A stretch of DNA of 63,997 bases, filler included, from Ionaspis alba (taxonomy: Eukaryota): NCBI GenBank assembly GCA_964255285.1. It is 3 parts of 3 records of this genome, joined end to end, with 100 filler letters (N's around TTAATTAATTAA, not from the genome) between each part and the next. Parts side by side here need not be neighbours in the genome. Positions count along the whole stretch, not along the records: positions 1 to 21,403 come from CAXUUL010000224.1; positions 21,504 to 42,900 come from CAXUUL010000225.1; 1 more part is not named here. The stretch is one strand, 5' to 3'. Under the pieces are notes generated by a model. It was given only the letters and a program-made list of their open reading frames with translations, did no database searches and had not been told where the DNA came from. Positions within the stretch are counted from its first letter, which is position 1, and every line of letters starts with the position of its first letter. Of the stretch, positions 11,293 to 25,370 are shown in pieces. Both the position numbers and the translations under genes were made by a program.

Positions 11293-14200
11293 ATGGTTCG
11301 GGGCGAAGGCATGGCTGCCGATGACTACAGCCCTCGAAATCCATCAACACCTCAATCAATACCTCTGCAAGATCTTTCACGGCCGCCAGATGACCAGAAC
11401 GGAGACGAGGAGTGGCGGCGCAACCGAAATCTGGTCAGCGGAAGAGCAAGGGCATTACTGGGAAACAGACAAGCGTTTTCTGGACGAGTCAATACGGCCG
11501 GGCGGTATGAGCGAGTACTGGCGGGATCACCTCCTGCTGCTGGCGGCAACAGGTTGGACATCCCACACATCACTACACCCAGGAATGCCCATCAACCGGC
11601 CACCTTCTACGATGACGGCGAATTGTCGCCGGTCAATGTTGGGGACTTCCAGGCTGCTATGGGATCGGTTGGCTTGAGCTTCGACAATCCGAGTCCACAG
11701 AATCCACCACATCTTATGACAACAACGCCACTAGGCAGGTCACACCTTGATATAATATCGGAGGACAATCCTTCTCCAACTTCTCATCCCTTAGATAATT
11801 CTACGGAGGACAACGACGATTATTTCTCTCCAACAGAGGATGATAGGTCTCCTTTGACGGACAACCGATTTCTGCAACCCATCAGCGGTTCGCCACATCC
11901 TAGTGCCTATGGTCAGAGACATGACAGACAAAGCCTGCATAGTGCACGATCATCTCCTGGATCGCGGCTAGGAGATGATTTGCCCAATGTTGAGCATGGG
12001 CTACGACCTCCGGGCAGCACCCGTTCGTTGCACAGAATGTCGTCACAGAGCACCAGATCGTTATCCCGGTCACTATCAACTTCTGCAGCGGCGAGTCCCC
12101 TCTCATCTGCAGGATCTATGCTCAGAAAGATGTCCCAAAGAGTGGTGAACTTGAGTAACGAATCCGATATCGTGGAGCAAAGCATTCGAAGACAGCCGTC
12201 TATCAAATTAGCAACTCTTGAAGGGCCACCGTCGTTTCCCGCCATGACTGAATACGCCCATGACGAGCCTATCAAGACTCCTTCGCCTATAGAGAAGGCT
12301 CCACCTCTAGTTGCCGTGGGCAAGCCCATCGACAAGTGGCAACAGCAGCCGAATCCCCTCAAGGGGAAGTCCTTGGGTATATTTTCACCTAATAATCGTA
12401 TACGTCTATGGCTCTGCGAATTCCTGGTGCACCCGGTGACGGAGCCTGTACTTCTCATACTTATCGTCGTGCAGACAGTCCTTCTGGCCATCGATGCTGC
12501 TCCTTCGATGGAATACAATCAGAGGACTGGGAGGTGGGGCTCGTCTTGGACGGATGCTGCGATGCTCGTACTATTCACAATATATTCCTTGGAGATCGTT
12601 GTCAGGGTCATTGTCTCGGGGCTTATAAAGAATGCTGATGATTACAGCACCATAAGGCAGAACCTGGGTTTCAAAAAAGCCGTGTACGAATATGCCATGA
12701 GCGTTCTTGCACCAAACCGCCCTCAGACAACCCAAAAAACTGTGTCGGGGTTCTCTGCTGATACTCATCCTTCCATCTTGCGGTCCTTCACCACGATGCA
12801 GGCGCAGGCAGACCAACCAGGACATTCACGTCAAGCCCAACGTGTACGCTTAGCGCGACGAGCTTTCCTTCGTCACTCTTTCAATCGCCTCGACCTATTG
12901 GCTGTCGTGTCGTTCTGGATCTCGTTTGCTTTGTCATTGCTTACTGTGGAAACGAACAGACACATATATGTATTCAGAATGCTGAGTTGTCTCCGGATCT
13001 TGAGACTCTTGAGTCTCACCAGCGGTACATCTGTAAGCGCTCCGGAATCCAGAACTTTTGTTCATAGTGCTGATCGAAATAGGTCATACTTCGCAGCCTG
13101 AAGAAAGCTGCCCCCTTACTCGTCAACGTGGCTTTTTTGATCGGATTCTTCTGGCTGCTATTCGCCATCATTGGAGTACAAGTATTCAAATCATCTTTTC
13201 GACGGACCTGTGTTTGGTTCGGCGATGAGATCGTAAATGTTACCAACAGGAACCTCTCGGACCCACTGTTCGACCCCATCAAATACCAGCAAAATCTAGC
13301 GCCTGCCAATATCCAGTTCTGTGGCGGACATCTTGATGCAAGGAATGGCACCGAGATGCCATACGTCTTCTCCTATAACCTGAGTCAGAATGTGATAAAC
13401 GGGCACAAGGGCTACCTGTGTCCGAGGAGATCGCTCTGTGTGGAGGACGCAAATCCATACAACGGGACCGTCAACTTTGATAATGTACTTCAGTCATTGC
13501 AAATGGTCTTTGTGATTATGAGCTCAAACACTTTCTCGGATCTGCTTTACTATACGACCGACACTGACTACTTAGTGGCAGCCTTATGTAAGGGCCACAT
13601 GGCACACCGCCGAGAACGACGGCTAATTGCTTGTAGTCTTTGCTTTCGGTATTATCTTCATGAGCTTGTGGTTGATGAACTTGGTGAGCCTGCTTTATTC
13701 TAGAGTCGACACATTGCAGTACTGATGGAAGTAGCTTGTCGCCGTCATCACTTCTTCCTTCCAAGTCATACGTGAAGAGAGTAGAGCGAGCGCTTTCACA
13801 ACAGATGAGCAGTAAGTCATCTCGGACCAGTAGCAACCTTTGTGATACTAAAGAAGTAACAGGCCTATCATTCTTGACGGAGAGGTGCCTAAGAGAAAAA
13901 CACCACTCAAAAGGATGTACGAGAAGACCTACTGGCTGTGGATTGTGGTTATCAGCTATGGGCTAGCCGTGCAATGCCTCCGAAGCGCAAACGCGAGCGA
14001 AGGGAGATTAGTCTTCATCAGTGAGGAATGCTACGACTCTCCTTTTGGATATTGATTAATCCCATTGCAGATCTGACAGAGACGGTCGTTACTCTCGTGC
14101 TAGTGCTTGAAATCTTCCTTCGCTTCATCACTGACTGGAGAAATTTCCACAAAAGCCGACGCAACTGGGTTGATCTTGTTATTGCAGTTGTTACTGCAAT

Positions 14201-17200
14201 AATTCAGTTCCCTCCCATCCATAATTCGGGACAGCCATACAACTGGCTTACCTTCTTTCAAATAGTCCGGATTTATCGGGTGGTCCTTGCAGTCTCTTTG
14301 ACTCGTGACTTAATTGTGGGTTTTCACGCTCAAATGATCAGGCTGATAAGTGCTGACGTCGTGGCTAGATGGTCGTCCTAGGTAACTTCTCTGGTCTGCT
14401 CAACCTAATAGTCTTTGTGTTCTTGATCACTTTCTTAACGGCCATTTTCGCTGTTCAAATTTTCCGAGGAGAATTCCCTCCCGTTGATATCAGTGGTAAC
14501 ACTGTTCGAATCAACTTCAGCAACATATACAATTCTTTTTTGGGCATGTATCAAGTTCTCTCGAGTGAGAATTGGACCATTTTGATGTACAACGCAACTC
14601 AATACGACCTCCAATGGGACACTGGGTGGATGGGAGCAGCTTTCTTCATCATTTGGTTCATCCTTGCCAATTTCATCATCCTAAACATGTTTATTGCTGT
14701 CATTCAGGAGAGCTTCGATGTCACTGAGGATGAGAAACGGCTCCAACAAGTCAAGGCATTTCTTCAGCAAAAGGAACTGGTTGGTTCGGTTCACAGCAAC
14801 TTATCCTTATCAACCATCTTCAAGTTTGGGAGAGACAAAAGCCACAAGGATCCTCTAGACTACGGGCCTGCTACACTGGAAATGTTCAAGGATACAGTTG
14901 TTCGTGACTTCCTAGACGAGCAAATGGAAGCAATGGATAGCCCGGGTGCAGACGGCGAGACCCACGACGGACTTTCAGGTGGCCAGGTTCGACCGGGCTT
15001 CATCTCAATGACATGGAGCAAAATTATGGGTCTTTTTCGAAGTCGAGATCCTAACCCGTTCTATTCTCGGCTCATGTTCTCAAGACCTTATCAGGACCTA
15101 GATCCACGGACCATGGCTCGCGAGATTGTGTCAGCAACCGAACAGAGGAAACTTGCACAACGGCAATACCTTCAGAATCATCCCCGTTATAACGTATCAC
15201 TTTTCATCTTCAAGCCTTCTCATTCTTTCCGAAAATTCTGCCAGAAAATCGTCGGTCCAGGTCGTGGAGCTCAGCGCATCGAGGGCGTCGATCCGGTGAA
15301 GCCAGTCTGGTATGCCTTCTCATTCTTTATCTACGGAAACATCGTAGCTATGGTGTTGCTGGCTTGCATTACAACCCCATTGTTCCAAAGAGAATATTTC
15401 CGAGAACACGGCTATACTATTCGAAATTGGTTTGTGTGGACTGATATGGGCTTTGCCGGTGTCTTCACGATTGAGGCTATCATCAAAATCATCGCAGACG
15501 GTTTCTTCTGGACTCCCAATGCATACTTCAGAGGAACCTGGGGCCTTATCGATGGAATCGTCTTGATAACACTATGGATTAATGTCATCACCTCGCTCGA
15601 TAATTTCGGGAGTGTATCACGAGCCGTTGGAGCTTTTAAGGCTTTGAGAGCACTAAGACTCCTGAATGTCAGCGATAGTGCAAGAAACACCTTTCACTCG
15701 GTTATAGTGCTTGGCGGGTTTAAGGTCATTTCTGTACGTACTGCTTTCCTCGATTTTTCGGAAATCTTCTCATTCTAATACTTCATACAGGCTGCGTTCG
15801 TTTCTCTCAGTCTTCTCTTTCCCTTTGCAATCTATGGAGTAAACCTGTTCAATGGTCAAATGGCACAATGCAACGATACTCTGTCAGGGATCCAGAACCT
15901 TACAGACTGCTCCGGCGAATACCTCAGCTCCCCATTCGGCTGGAACGTCCTGGCGCCTAGACGAGCGGGCAATCCATATTACGATTTCGACAATTTTGGG
16001 GACTCCTTGTTCATTCTCTTTCAGATCGTGTCGCAGGAAGGGTGGGTAGACGTCATGTGGTCAGCAATGTCGGCCACTGGGCGTGAACTACAACCCCAAC
16101 CGTACGCTTCGCAGGGCAATTCCGTCTTTTTCATCATATTCAACTTGCTCGGAGCAGTCTTCGTACTAACACTATTCGTATCTGTGTTTATGCGCAACTA
16201 CACGGAACAAACAGGAGTAGCGTTTTTGACCGCGGAGCAGCGTTCCTGGCTCGAACTGCGAAAACTCTTGCGACAGATTTCACCTTCGAAGAGACCGATG
16301 AACCAGCCGCATGAGAAGTGGAAGACCTGGTGTTACCGGATCGCTGTTAAGAAACATGGAAGATGGCAGAGGACTGTCACTGCCGCCCTCGTGCTCCATC
16401 TTGTCCTACTCATCGTAGAATTCTATCCAGAAGTCCAAGTATGGGAAACAATTAGAGACTTCCTCTTCCTAGCCTTTACGGCCCTCTATGTCGCTAATAT
16501 CGTCATTCGTATTGTGGGTCTCAGCTGGAAACGATTCCGAAGAAGTTCGTGGGATCTCTATTCGGTCCTCTCGGTCACAGGAACGATCATCACCACCATA
16601 CTTGATCTTTCCAGGTTCGGGCCAAACAAGATCTACAGGCAACTCCATAAGCTGTTCTTGGTCTCTATAGCTCTACTACTGATCCCTCGGAACAATCAAC
16701 TCGACCAGCTCTTCAAAACAGCTGCCGCCAGTTTAACGGCCATTGGTAATTTACTAGCGACATGGTTTGTCATATTCCTTGTCTATGCTATAGCCCTGAC
16801 GCAAACACTCGGTCTAACGAGATTCGGATCACAAGCGAAGGCCAATCTCAACTTCCGTGATATTAGCAAAGCTCTCATTCTCTTATTCCGGATGAGCTGC
16901 GGAGAAGGCTGGAACCAGATCATGGAAGACTATGCAACGAGCACGCCACCATTTTGCGTCTCTAATGACAACTTCTACGAAAGTGATTGTGGAAGCGCTG
17001 CATGGGCAAGAGTCTTGCTCATATCGTGGAACATTGTTAGCATGTACATATTTGTCAGCATGTTCGTTTCGTTGATTTTTGAGAGTTTCTCGTATGTGTA
17101 CCAGCGGAGCAGTGGGCTCTCTGTTGTCAAGAGGGAGGAGATTCGGCGATTCAAGCAAGCCTGGGCCACTTTCGATCCAGAAGGCACGGGTTATGTCTCC

Positions 17201-18330
17201 AAGGAGGTGTTTCCGAAATTACTTGGAGTAAGTCAATCTTATCAAGAGGTTGATGCGCAATACTCACCAATTCTGTCCAGGAGCTATCTGGTGTCTTCGA
17301 GATGCGGATCTATGATGGCGAACACACAGTCAATCGCATCCTGGAAGACTGTGCTGTCGACACACGTGGTGCCGATTCACCTGCAGGTGTCGTTCACGGC
17401 ATCAATCTCGCCAGGTTGAATGAACGTTTGAGCAGTATCAACGTCAATGAAATCCGTCGCCGTAGGAACAAACTTGAGATCTTCTCGCAGGAAGTTCTTG
17501 TGTCTGCAGATCCAGACCGAGGCATATCTTTCACCTCCTGTCTTATGATCTTGGCTCATTACAACGTCATCAGCGACAACAAAGCCTTACGGTTGGAAGA
17601 GTTCTTGCGCCGCAGATACCGCTTGCAGCGTGTCGAGGAAGAAGTGAGACGACGAGTGGTGATTGGATTCTTTGACACCCTTTTTTGGTCTCGCCAATTC
17701 CGTCGCCGACAAGAACTTAGGCACTCGGCTCGCATGATGACTATCCCACAATTCGCGGTGCCCGAGATCTTCGTAGACGATCAAGATGGGCCGAGTCCAC
17801 GCGTGGAGCGCTTCGACGATGGCACCCCCGGTGGCATTTCTCCACTTGACACGTCAAGGACTGCTTGGACCTCAGGTCTCGGATCTAGTCCACCCAGTCC
17901 CTCTGCCTTGCGCAGTAGAGGCGAGTCCTTCGGCAGTTCACTTTCGAGATCGGATCGCAGCTATGACGCTTCACCGGTCCTACGACCGAGGAGACCATCG
18001 GATCAGGACGAGGCGGCAAATCCGTTCGCCCTTGATGGAGCTGGTGAGTTATCCCCACATTCACGAAGTCGTGCCAATACATTGGCCTCCGGCGGCGCGC
18101 GCAGTCGGGCCGGTACTGTTGGATCTGGGGCCGTCGCTGCGGCTATGGCCGAAGCCAGTTATTCTCCTGGACATCGTCGGCAGCAGAGTAGCGTTGGTTC
18201 GAGGAACTTTAATGCATTGCAGGTGTTTGATGATTCCGCTTGGGGAGAAAGTATTCGCAGGAGTTTCACGTTGAGAAGGAATGGGACGAGAGGGAGGAGG
18301 CATGGGATGGGGAGTGAAGGGAGAGGATAG
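11293..18330 (+). CDS. CCH1: Plasma-membrane Ca2+ channel subunit Cch1 (four-domain VGCC/NALCN-like)
   Basis: Four 6-TM repeats with S4-like segments. Pore loops SSNTF/SSENW/SQEGW/CGEGW give an N-E-E-E filter. EF-hand-like FDPEGTGYVS. Introns 13033-13082, 13588-13636, 13684-13734, 13812-13862, 14021-14070, 14316-14368, 15734-15790 and 17228-17280. The start may be the ATG at 11311. Confidence 0.96.
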
Positions 18331-18932
18331 GAGGGTATAAGTGGAGTCTGGAGAGGAAGAAGGGGATGGGAAGATTTATATGAATTTCCTTGGTCGAGAT
18401 ACCCCCTTGCATCATAAGGCGTCTTGCTATGAGGGAGCGAAACGGGTTTAAAGCATTGCGGGTGTTTATGGGCTAAGTATCAAGAGGTAGAATGGGATGT
18501 TGATGGCGTGAAAGGACTTGGAGGATAGGGTATATCAAACGTCGGTATCCGTGGTCGTTTTGATTAGTTGTTTGATGTGGTAGACAATTATGACGCTGTA
18601 TTCCTATATACCAATGAAAATCCAAAACGTGCCTTCACACTTCAGCCTCATCTTTGACTTCAGCACCTGTTTGCGCATCACGGTGCCGTTGATGATACAT
18701 TATCTCCCCTTCCGATCGGGATTTGCACTCGGTAATATACGGAATTTGCGTATTTTGGAAGCCAAAATTTAGTGGTGTCGAAAGTCTCCTGCTCAGTTGA
18801 TGGTTATTGTGTTCCCTAGCCAGAGTATCCACATGAAATTGGGCCTAATGACCGATGCGTCGATCTGTGCTTTCGAGGATAGAACACAAATACATATACT
18901 ACAGCTGGTGATATCTGCTTCATTTTAAGACC

Positions 18933-21320
18933 ATGTCATCTCGCGTTTTGCCTCCAAATCCAAGCCTCGTTGCAGTCATTCTGATAACCAAAACACGTTC
19001 GGGAGTCCATCATGTCTTCCATTATCCTCCAAATCCTGGAAAAGACAAACCACACATCAAACTAGACTATGAGGATCAATCAGAAGATTCATCTAGCTCT
19101 AGTGACGACGATAGCAGTGAAAGTTCGTGGGAAGATGAGAAGAGCGATCAGGATGGAGATGCTAGGAGGGACGGAATCGAAATTGGCCCAGATATGGACG
19201 AGTCAGGCTCCGCGTCTCCTGAAAAAATCGATAGAGCTACGTGGGAACGTAGAAAAGCTAGCAGAGAAGGTTTCCTGGGACTTCCGTCGGGATTACAGCA
19301 TTTCTTGTGTCCTTCAAGCGCTAATCACAAGAAGAGGTTCGAATTAAGTATCGATCGTTTAGTGTTCCTTGGATGGCCAGTCTTCTCGAAAGATAATGGA
19401 GAGTGGAGGAGGAAGAAGACGCCGAAAGCGAAGGCGGGATCTGTCGTTGAATCGGTCCTCAGCCCGGAATCCACTATGTCTCACGAATTGGAAGACGGAT
19501 CGAAGGAAACTTCCGCACAGGGAGATGGCAATTTGGGCGAGTCTACCGAGGAAAGCACCGACGTCGAAGATCAATCAGCTACAGAAGCGACGAACATAGG
19601 ACCGGCGATGACTAAGTCCAGAGCCCAGGCTAAAGAGGACGAGACAGGCCAGAAAGATGATGTACAGGAGCTTATGGAGATTCTCAACATGTTCCATGTC
19701 GTCTTCGTGATGAACCCTCCTGCTCTAGAATATCATCTCCGGGTCGACGAAATGTATAAACATGTCGCCAAGAAGTTCTCGAGAGCCTTGAAGTGGGAGC
19801 AGGCTCGCTCGAACTATGTCTTGAACGAAGCTGCCAAAATACGAGAGCTGCAAGCAAAGCACGGTAGTTTTATCAATTCAACTGAATAGAACACATGCTG
19901 ACCATGCACAGAGTCACAACAGCAGATGATCAAGCATTCCTCTCTCGCCCGTGCCATCGCAACGCTCTATACCAGCATCTCTACCTCCCGTATTGCGCAC
20001 ATAACCCTCACCTCGGCCTTGACTTTGTCCCTGCAGATCCCCATCCCAACCTCAACCTCCCTCCTCTCGACGCCTACCGAACCTCAGATGCCAGGACTCT
20101 GGCTCACGACTGCCATCTCCGCTCCGCAAGACGATGAACTCCACACTAACTCCTCCCAATTAGCCTCGCACTTTGCGCTCCTCCTTCTCTCAGACCTATC
20201 CACCATCATATCCGACATAACTAGCAATCCCACCGCTCTCACTGCCCCATTGACACACTACCTGCGCGCCTCAACGCCAACAAAATCCTTCCTCCAAATC
20301 TCCCAAGCTTCTGGCATACCCCTCCCTGATATCCAGTTCCTGGCCTCGCACCTTATCTACTGGCGGCGTGCCCGTGCCATCCCACCACTCCACCACCGCG
20401 ACACCTACATTGTATCCCCTAATGCCGACATGCGACGGCTGAAGTCCGCATCAGCGCAGTACGCCAAGTTATTTCCTGCTTTACCATCTCTTCCCAAAAT
20501 TCTCTCACTGCTATCGACCTCTCCGCGCCCATACTCCACCCTCATCCCAAGCAGTGACCACAAAGCCGCCTACCTCGATATCCTGGCTTGGCTACTTCGT
20601 GGCGGCTGGGTGATGCAGCTGCGGACATTTGCGTGGGTGCGTGTACCGTCGCATGTGAGAAGCGCAGTAGTCAGGCAAATTGAAAAAGAAGCCCACAATG
20701 GCTTCGAAGGCTCCAGCGATCCGATCTCTCCTACAACGAAGTCTATAGCGCATACTGGACCGAATATAAGAACAATTCCTGATCCTGGCGAGCCAGACGT
20801 ACCCACCGGCCAGCTTTCTCCGCCTTCATCGTCTCCTGGTGCTTCCTCGCTGTCCTCTGCCCGCACTGCTATTGCCCTCGATATCCCTGCTGAATCCTCG
20901 GCACTGCCGCCTGTGCTAATTCTTCACCCGACCAAAGCTTCTGGCATCGAGAGTAGATATCTAGCGGCCATTGCGGCCGAAATGGCTGGCTGCGATCCAT
21001 TGGACGGCAGAGATGAGGGTCGAGGAGGTAGGCGGAAGAACGAGGCACTTAGGCGAAAGAGTGATGGCCCGAAGGCGAGGAATCTAGAGGATAGAAGCAA
21101 GACGAAAGATGTGGCGACAGAGAGGAAAGGGAAAAGCGAAAGGCCGGAGGGGGATGTCAGAGATTTGAAGGAAGCATGGGAGAAATGCTTGATTTATTTC
21201 AATGGGGAGCATGCGCTCGAGAAGATTGCCGTTAGGGAGGGCTGGAAGAGGAAGAGAGTTGAGGCGTTGAGGGCTGAGTGGGTGGGAAGAGGTGTGCTTG
21301 TCGAGGCGAGGCATTGGTAG
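18933..21320 (+). CDS. NPR3: Nitrogen permease regulator 3 (SEACIT/GATOR1 subunit)
   Basis: PNPSLVAVILI...VFHYPPNP, HKKRFELSID, MFHVVFVMNPP, LIYWRRARAIPPLH and C-terminal LVEARHW motifs. Intron 19864-19911. Confidence 0.9.
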
Positions 21321-21403
21321 TGTTGAATATCGAAGGTGGTAGATATAGAGTTGAGGGTCTCAATTGAACTATATTTGGGTTGGGAGATCGAATAATAGTG
21401 TGA

Positions 21404-21503
21404 NNNNNNNNNNNNNNNNNNNNNNNNNNNNNNNNNNNNNNNNNNNNTTAATTAATTAANNNNNNNNNNNNNNNNNNNNNNNNNNNNNNNNNNNNNNNNN
21501 NNN
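21404..21503. other. Scaffold gap with artificial six-frame-stop linker (44 N + TTAATTAATTAA + 44 N)
   Basis: Palindromic TTAATTAATTAA at 21448-21459, centred in the N run; the same construct occurs at 42901-43000. Confidence 0.95.
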
Positions 21504-23754
21504 GGGGGGTAGGGAGGAGGGGAAGGCTGAGCTGGAGTTGTTGGTGGCGGTGGTGGGAGAGGATTTGCCGAGGACGAGGCGTTCGAAATCGTCTTCGCCG
21601 ACGCCGTAGGCGGAAGCGCTGAAGGGGTCGTTGGAGGGCTGGACGCTCATAAGATCGGTGGAGTTGTGGCTGTCGAAGCCGTTGGAGGTGCTGGTGGTGG
21701 CCAGGTCGCGGAGTTTGCGGGTCTGCGCGTCTTCGATTTGGGATGAGAGGCTTTTGATGAGGGCCATGTAGGCTTGGAATTGGTGCAGATTGAGCAGGGG
21801 TCCGAGACTGAAGCTCCAGAGGATGGGAAGAACGTCCAGGGCCAGGAAGTCGGCGTCGGCGATGTGGCTGACTTGGGTGAAGACGGCGAGGGCGGCCATA
21901 ATGACGGTTGGTTCTTTGGTTTTGATGGCTTTGAGGAGGGGGACGATCTTTTCTTGGACGGTGTATTTGTCCAGGATGGTGCTGCTGTTGTGGCTAGTGG
22001 GGTTGGTGTTGGGGGTTGAGGAGGAAGAGGAGGCAGGGCCGCCGCAGAGAACGACGAAGGCTTCGAGGCCGCGGACTTTGATGGCCAGACTGCTGGTTTT
22101 GCTGAAGACGGTGGCGATAAGGGGGAAGAGGTCGTTTTTTATCGTGGAGAAGTCGAGAACTGGGAGGATGATAGGGAGGGTGCTGAGGGATTTGTCGACT
22201 AGTGAGTGGGTTGGGGATTCGAGTCCTAGGCGGATGATGGGCAGTATGTCTATAGGTCGTTAGGGTTTGGGCTTGAGAATGGGTGGATGACTACAGGGGT
22301 GACTGACCGTCCTTGAAAGCTTTACCTGAACAGTTCTCTGTGATGAGGGCCATATTCTCCAAGACTATAACCAGACCCGCTTCCTTCGATGTATCTCGTT
22401 CCGTGGATGCCGCCTTGCCTCCAGCCGACAAGAAGACATCTCGTAGGCGAGGAAGCACTTTGTCCGTGAAAGCCCTCTGAGCAGACGGCAATGAGTTGAT
22501 GATCTTGAAAACATTCGCTAATATCAAAGCCAGTAAATCTCGGTCTTTCGTCTCTTCAAGAAGTGCCGGGAGGACTTTTCGATCAAGTACCGACTTCGGG
22601 AACTGGTCTAATATCCTGGGAAGACCACGCATAAATTGAGCTTTTTCGTTCGGGCTTTTGGCTGGTAACGAGTCCATGAACCGAATGGCCGACACAAGGA
22701 TGTTGTCAAAAAATTGAGATTGCTGAAACTCACGCGCATTCATTCGTTGTGCAGGTCTCCTCGTAATTAGGCGAGGCAGCACATCGGTGAGAAGTTGTCT
22801 TGGTAATGGTTTCGCCAAGAGGAAATTGTTGCTGGAGGATGGGACCGTAGACGAAGAAGCAAAGAGCTTTTTGTACGTAGTAATATTGGAATTGGTATGT
22901 ATCGGAGATTCATGAGGTGTGTTGTACAACGCTAGCATTACAAGCCCAAGAGAGAACATATCTGCAGCAGAGGAGATATTGCTGTCCATGACAAAGTCAG
23001 GAGAGCTATAGTCCAGATTCAATTGAACAGTACGTGGCAGTCGAGGATCATAGTACAAAAGCTCGGACAAAGCAATTGGAGCAGTAGAAGATGAGGTAGT
23101 CGACGTGGATATGTCTGGAGGTCCTGAAAAGCCGAGTCCCGATATCTTCCAGTCGGATTTCTGGTTGACATAAATGGCTTCTGGGGTCAGGTTTCCATGG
23201 ACCAAGCCCGCTGACTCATGCAGGAACTCAAGTCCTTTTGCAACTTGCAACAAACCCTTCTGAATCTCCAACTCGTCGATCTCCACTTCTTTCTTATATC
23301 CATCGTCTCCTTCTACCCTGTACCGACCAGACCGTCCCCTGGTACCTCCTGCACGATCGTTATCATCCTGATCCTGAAGTAACCCAGCCAGTGTCGAAGC
23401 TATAGGCTCCGTAGCAAACATAAGTCCTCCATTCCTTGTATCCTCCACCGGCTCAGCCAGCTCGAGAATGTTCGGATGTCGTAGCCTAGCCAGAGAGCTG
23501 GCCTCTTTCTTCAACCTCTCAATCACCTCATCGTGTATTTTACGTCGAGAAGCTCCATTGGATCGGCTTCTGAGCCCGCCGCCTTGGGGTTCCAGAGATT
23601 TGCGGTCGAAAACGAAGATTGACACCACTTTCCCGGTCGACTTCTTCTTCCCGTCGAAGACCTTCCATGCCCCCGCAGTCGAACTTGGGGTTGCTGATAT
23701 AGTATAATTTGTAGAGATATTTGAGGAGAAGGACTTCAAGGCGGAGGTGAACAT
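21504..23754 (-). CDS. SCY1: SCY1-family pseudokinase with HEAT repeats (Scy1/SCYL2-like), 3' end lost in gap
   Basis: LKKEASSLARLRHPNILE, LDELEIQKGL-like, VHGNLTPEAIYVN and DWKISGLGF motifs, with the catalytic HRD and DFG motifs degenerate. Intron 22250-22307. The frame runs into the N gap. Confidence 0.9.
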
Positions 23755-23956
23755 GATTGACAGCTTTCACGTATTTCCGGTGGTTGCCTTTGCCTGGTCT
23801 CACGACACATTCCTCGTCTGGATATCAGGTGCTCAGACAATGGAGAGATGAATAGAACTTTCATACTGTGTAGCCAGCTAGGGACCCCATGGATAATACG
23901 CTCCTCTGTAGGATGTCAGGCAGACACTCAGCGTTGCAAATAAGATCGTGGTTGAA

Positions 23957-24056
23957 NNNNNNNNNNNNNNNNNNNNNNNNNNNNNNNNNNNNNNNNNNNN
24001 NNNNNNNNNNNNNNNNNNNNNNNNNNNNNNNNNNNNNNNNNNNNNNNNNNNNNNNN
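23957..24056. other. 100-N scaffold gap
   Basis: Run of N. It probably hides the start of the aminotransferase gene. Confidence 0.95.
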
Positions 24057-25370
24057 GCAAGACCAAGGCTATCTCAAAAGTTTGGAGCACAATGGCAATG
24101 TCAAAGACTTTACAGCATCCAATCCCAAGAAGAAGCAATTGCCAAACTCCCAGGCCTCAATCCCTCACAGCTCTCTGTCACCAAAACCACCACCCCAAAA
24201 CAGGTCCTCCCGCCTGAAGAACTTGTCTTTGGCCGGGCATTCACAGGTACCATTGGTCCCTCTAAGGCGCAAGACATGAAAAACTGACAAGATAGACCAC
24301 ATGTTGTCCATAGAATGGACGGCGTCAGAAGGCTGGCTACCCCCCCGGATAACACCCTACCAAAATCTCAGTCTCGATCCCGCCACCTGCGTCTTCCACT
24401 ACGCGTTCACCGCTTTCGAGGGCATGAAAGCCTACAAGAACTCCGACGGCCAAGTCCGCCTCTTCCGCCCCGATAAGAACATGGCTCGCCTGAACAAATC
24501 CTCCGCTCGTATCGCCCTTCCCAACTTTGACCCTAACGCCATGATCGACCTGCTCTCGAAATTCGTTTCCATGGAAGAGCGCTTCATTCCCGCGTGAGTC
24601 ATCCTTGCGTCCGGCCTCAATTCACAGAGAAAAGCCCAGAAACTGACAATCTACCCTTTTCTAGCTCTCGCGGCTACTCCCTCTACCTCCGCCCAACCAT
24701 GATCGGTACCCAGCGCACCCTCGGCGTCGGCCCACCTGGCTCCGCCCTCCTCTACGTGATCGCCTCCCCCGTCGGCCCTTACTACCCTACAGGCTTCAAA
24801 GCCGTCTCGCTCGAAGCCACTGACTATGCCGTGCGCGCCTGGCCAGGTGGTGTTGGCGATAAGAAGCTCGGTGCCAACTATGCGCCATGCATTGTACCGC
24901 AAATGGAGGCTGCGAAGCGAGGCTTTCATCAGAACCTGTGGCTGTTTGGGGAAGAAGAGAAAGTAACGGAGGTGGGGACGATGAACTTCTTTGCTGTGTT
25001 GAAGGGGAAGAAAGGCTTAGAGCTGGTGACGGCACCGTTAGACGGGACGATATTGGAGGGCGTTACGAGAGATTCGATATTGGATCTAGCGAGGGAAAGA
25101 CTTGTGCCCGAGGGATGGACAGTCAGTGAGAGGTATGTTACTATGGGGGACTTGGCGAAGGCTTCAGAAGACGGGACGTTGGTTGAGGCGTTTGGAGCGG
25201 GCACGGCAGCAGTGGTTAGTCCTGTGAGGAGAATTGGCTGGAAGGGGAGGCTCGTGGAGTGTGGGTTACGGGAGGATCAAGAGGCGGGAGAGACGACGAA
25301 GAGGATGAAGGAGTGGATTGAGGGCATTCAGTATGGGGATGAGGAGCATCGCTGGAGTGTCAAGGTATGA
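24057..25370 (+). CDS. BAT1: Branched-chain amino acid aminotransferase (class IV PLP), probably mitochondrial; 5' end in gap
   Basis: [46 protein letters not shown] (PLP Lys), [17 protein letters not shown] and [10 protein letters not shown] motifs. Introns 24247-24295 and 24594-24664. Confidence 0.93.

Noticed and set aside
21448..21459. Perfect palindrome TTAATTAATTAA as a biological element (also 42945-42956)
   Set aside because: It is centred in exactly 44+44 Ns at both sites, which marks it as a synthetic stop-codon spacer.
23889..23956. ATG 23889 as the aminotransferase start
   Set aside because: The in-frame link depends on an arbitrary 100-N gap length, and it would leave only about 135 bp to the divergent SCY1 ATG.
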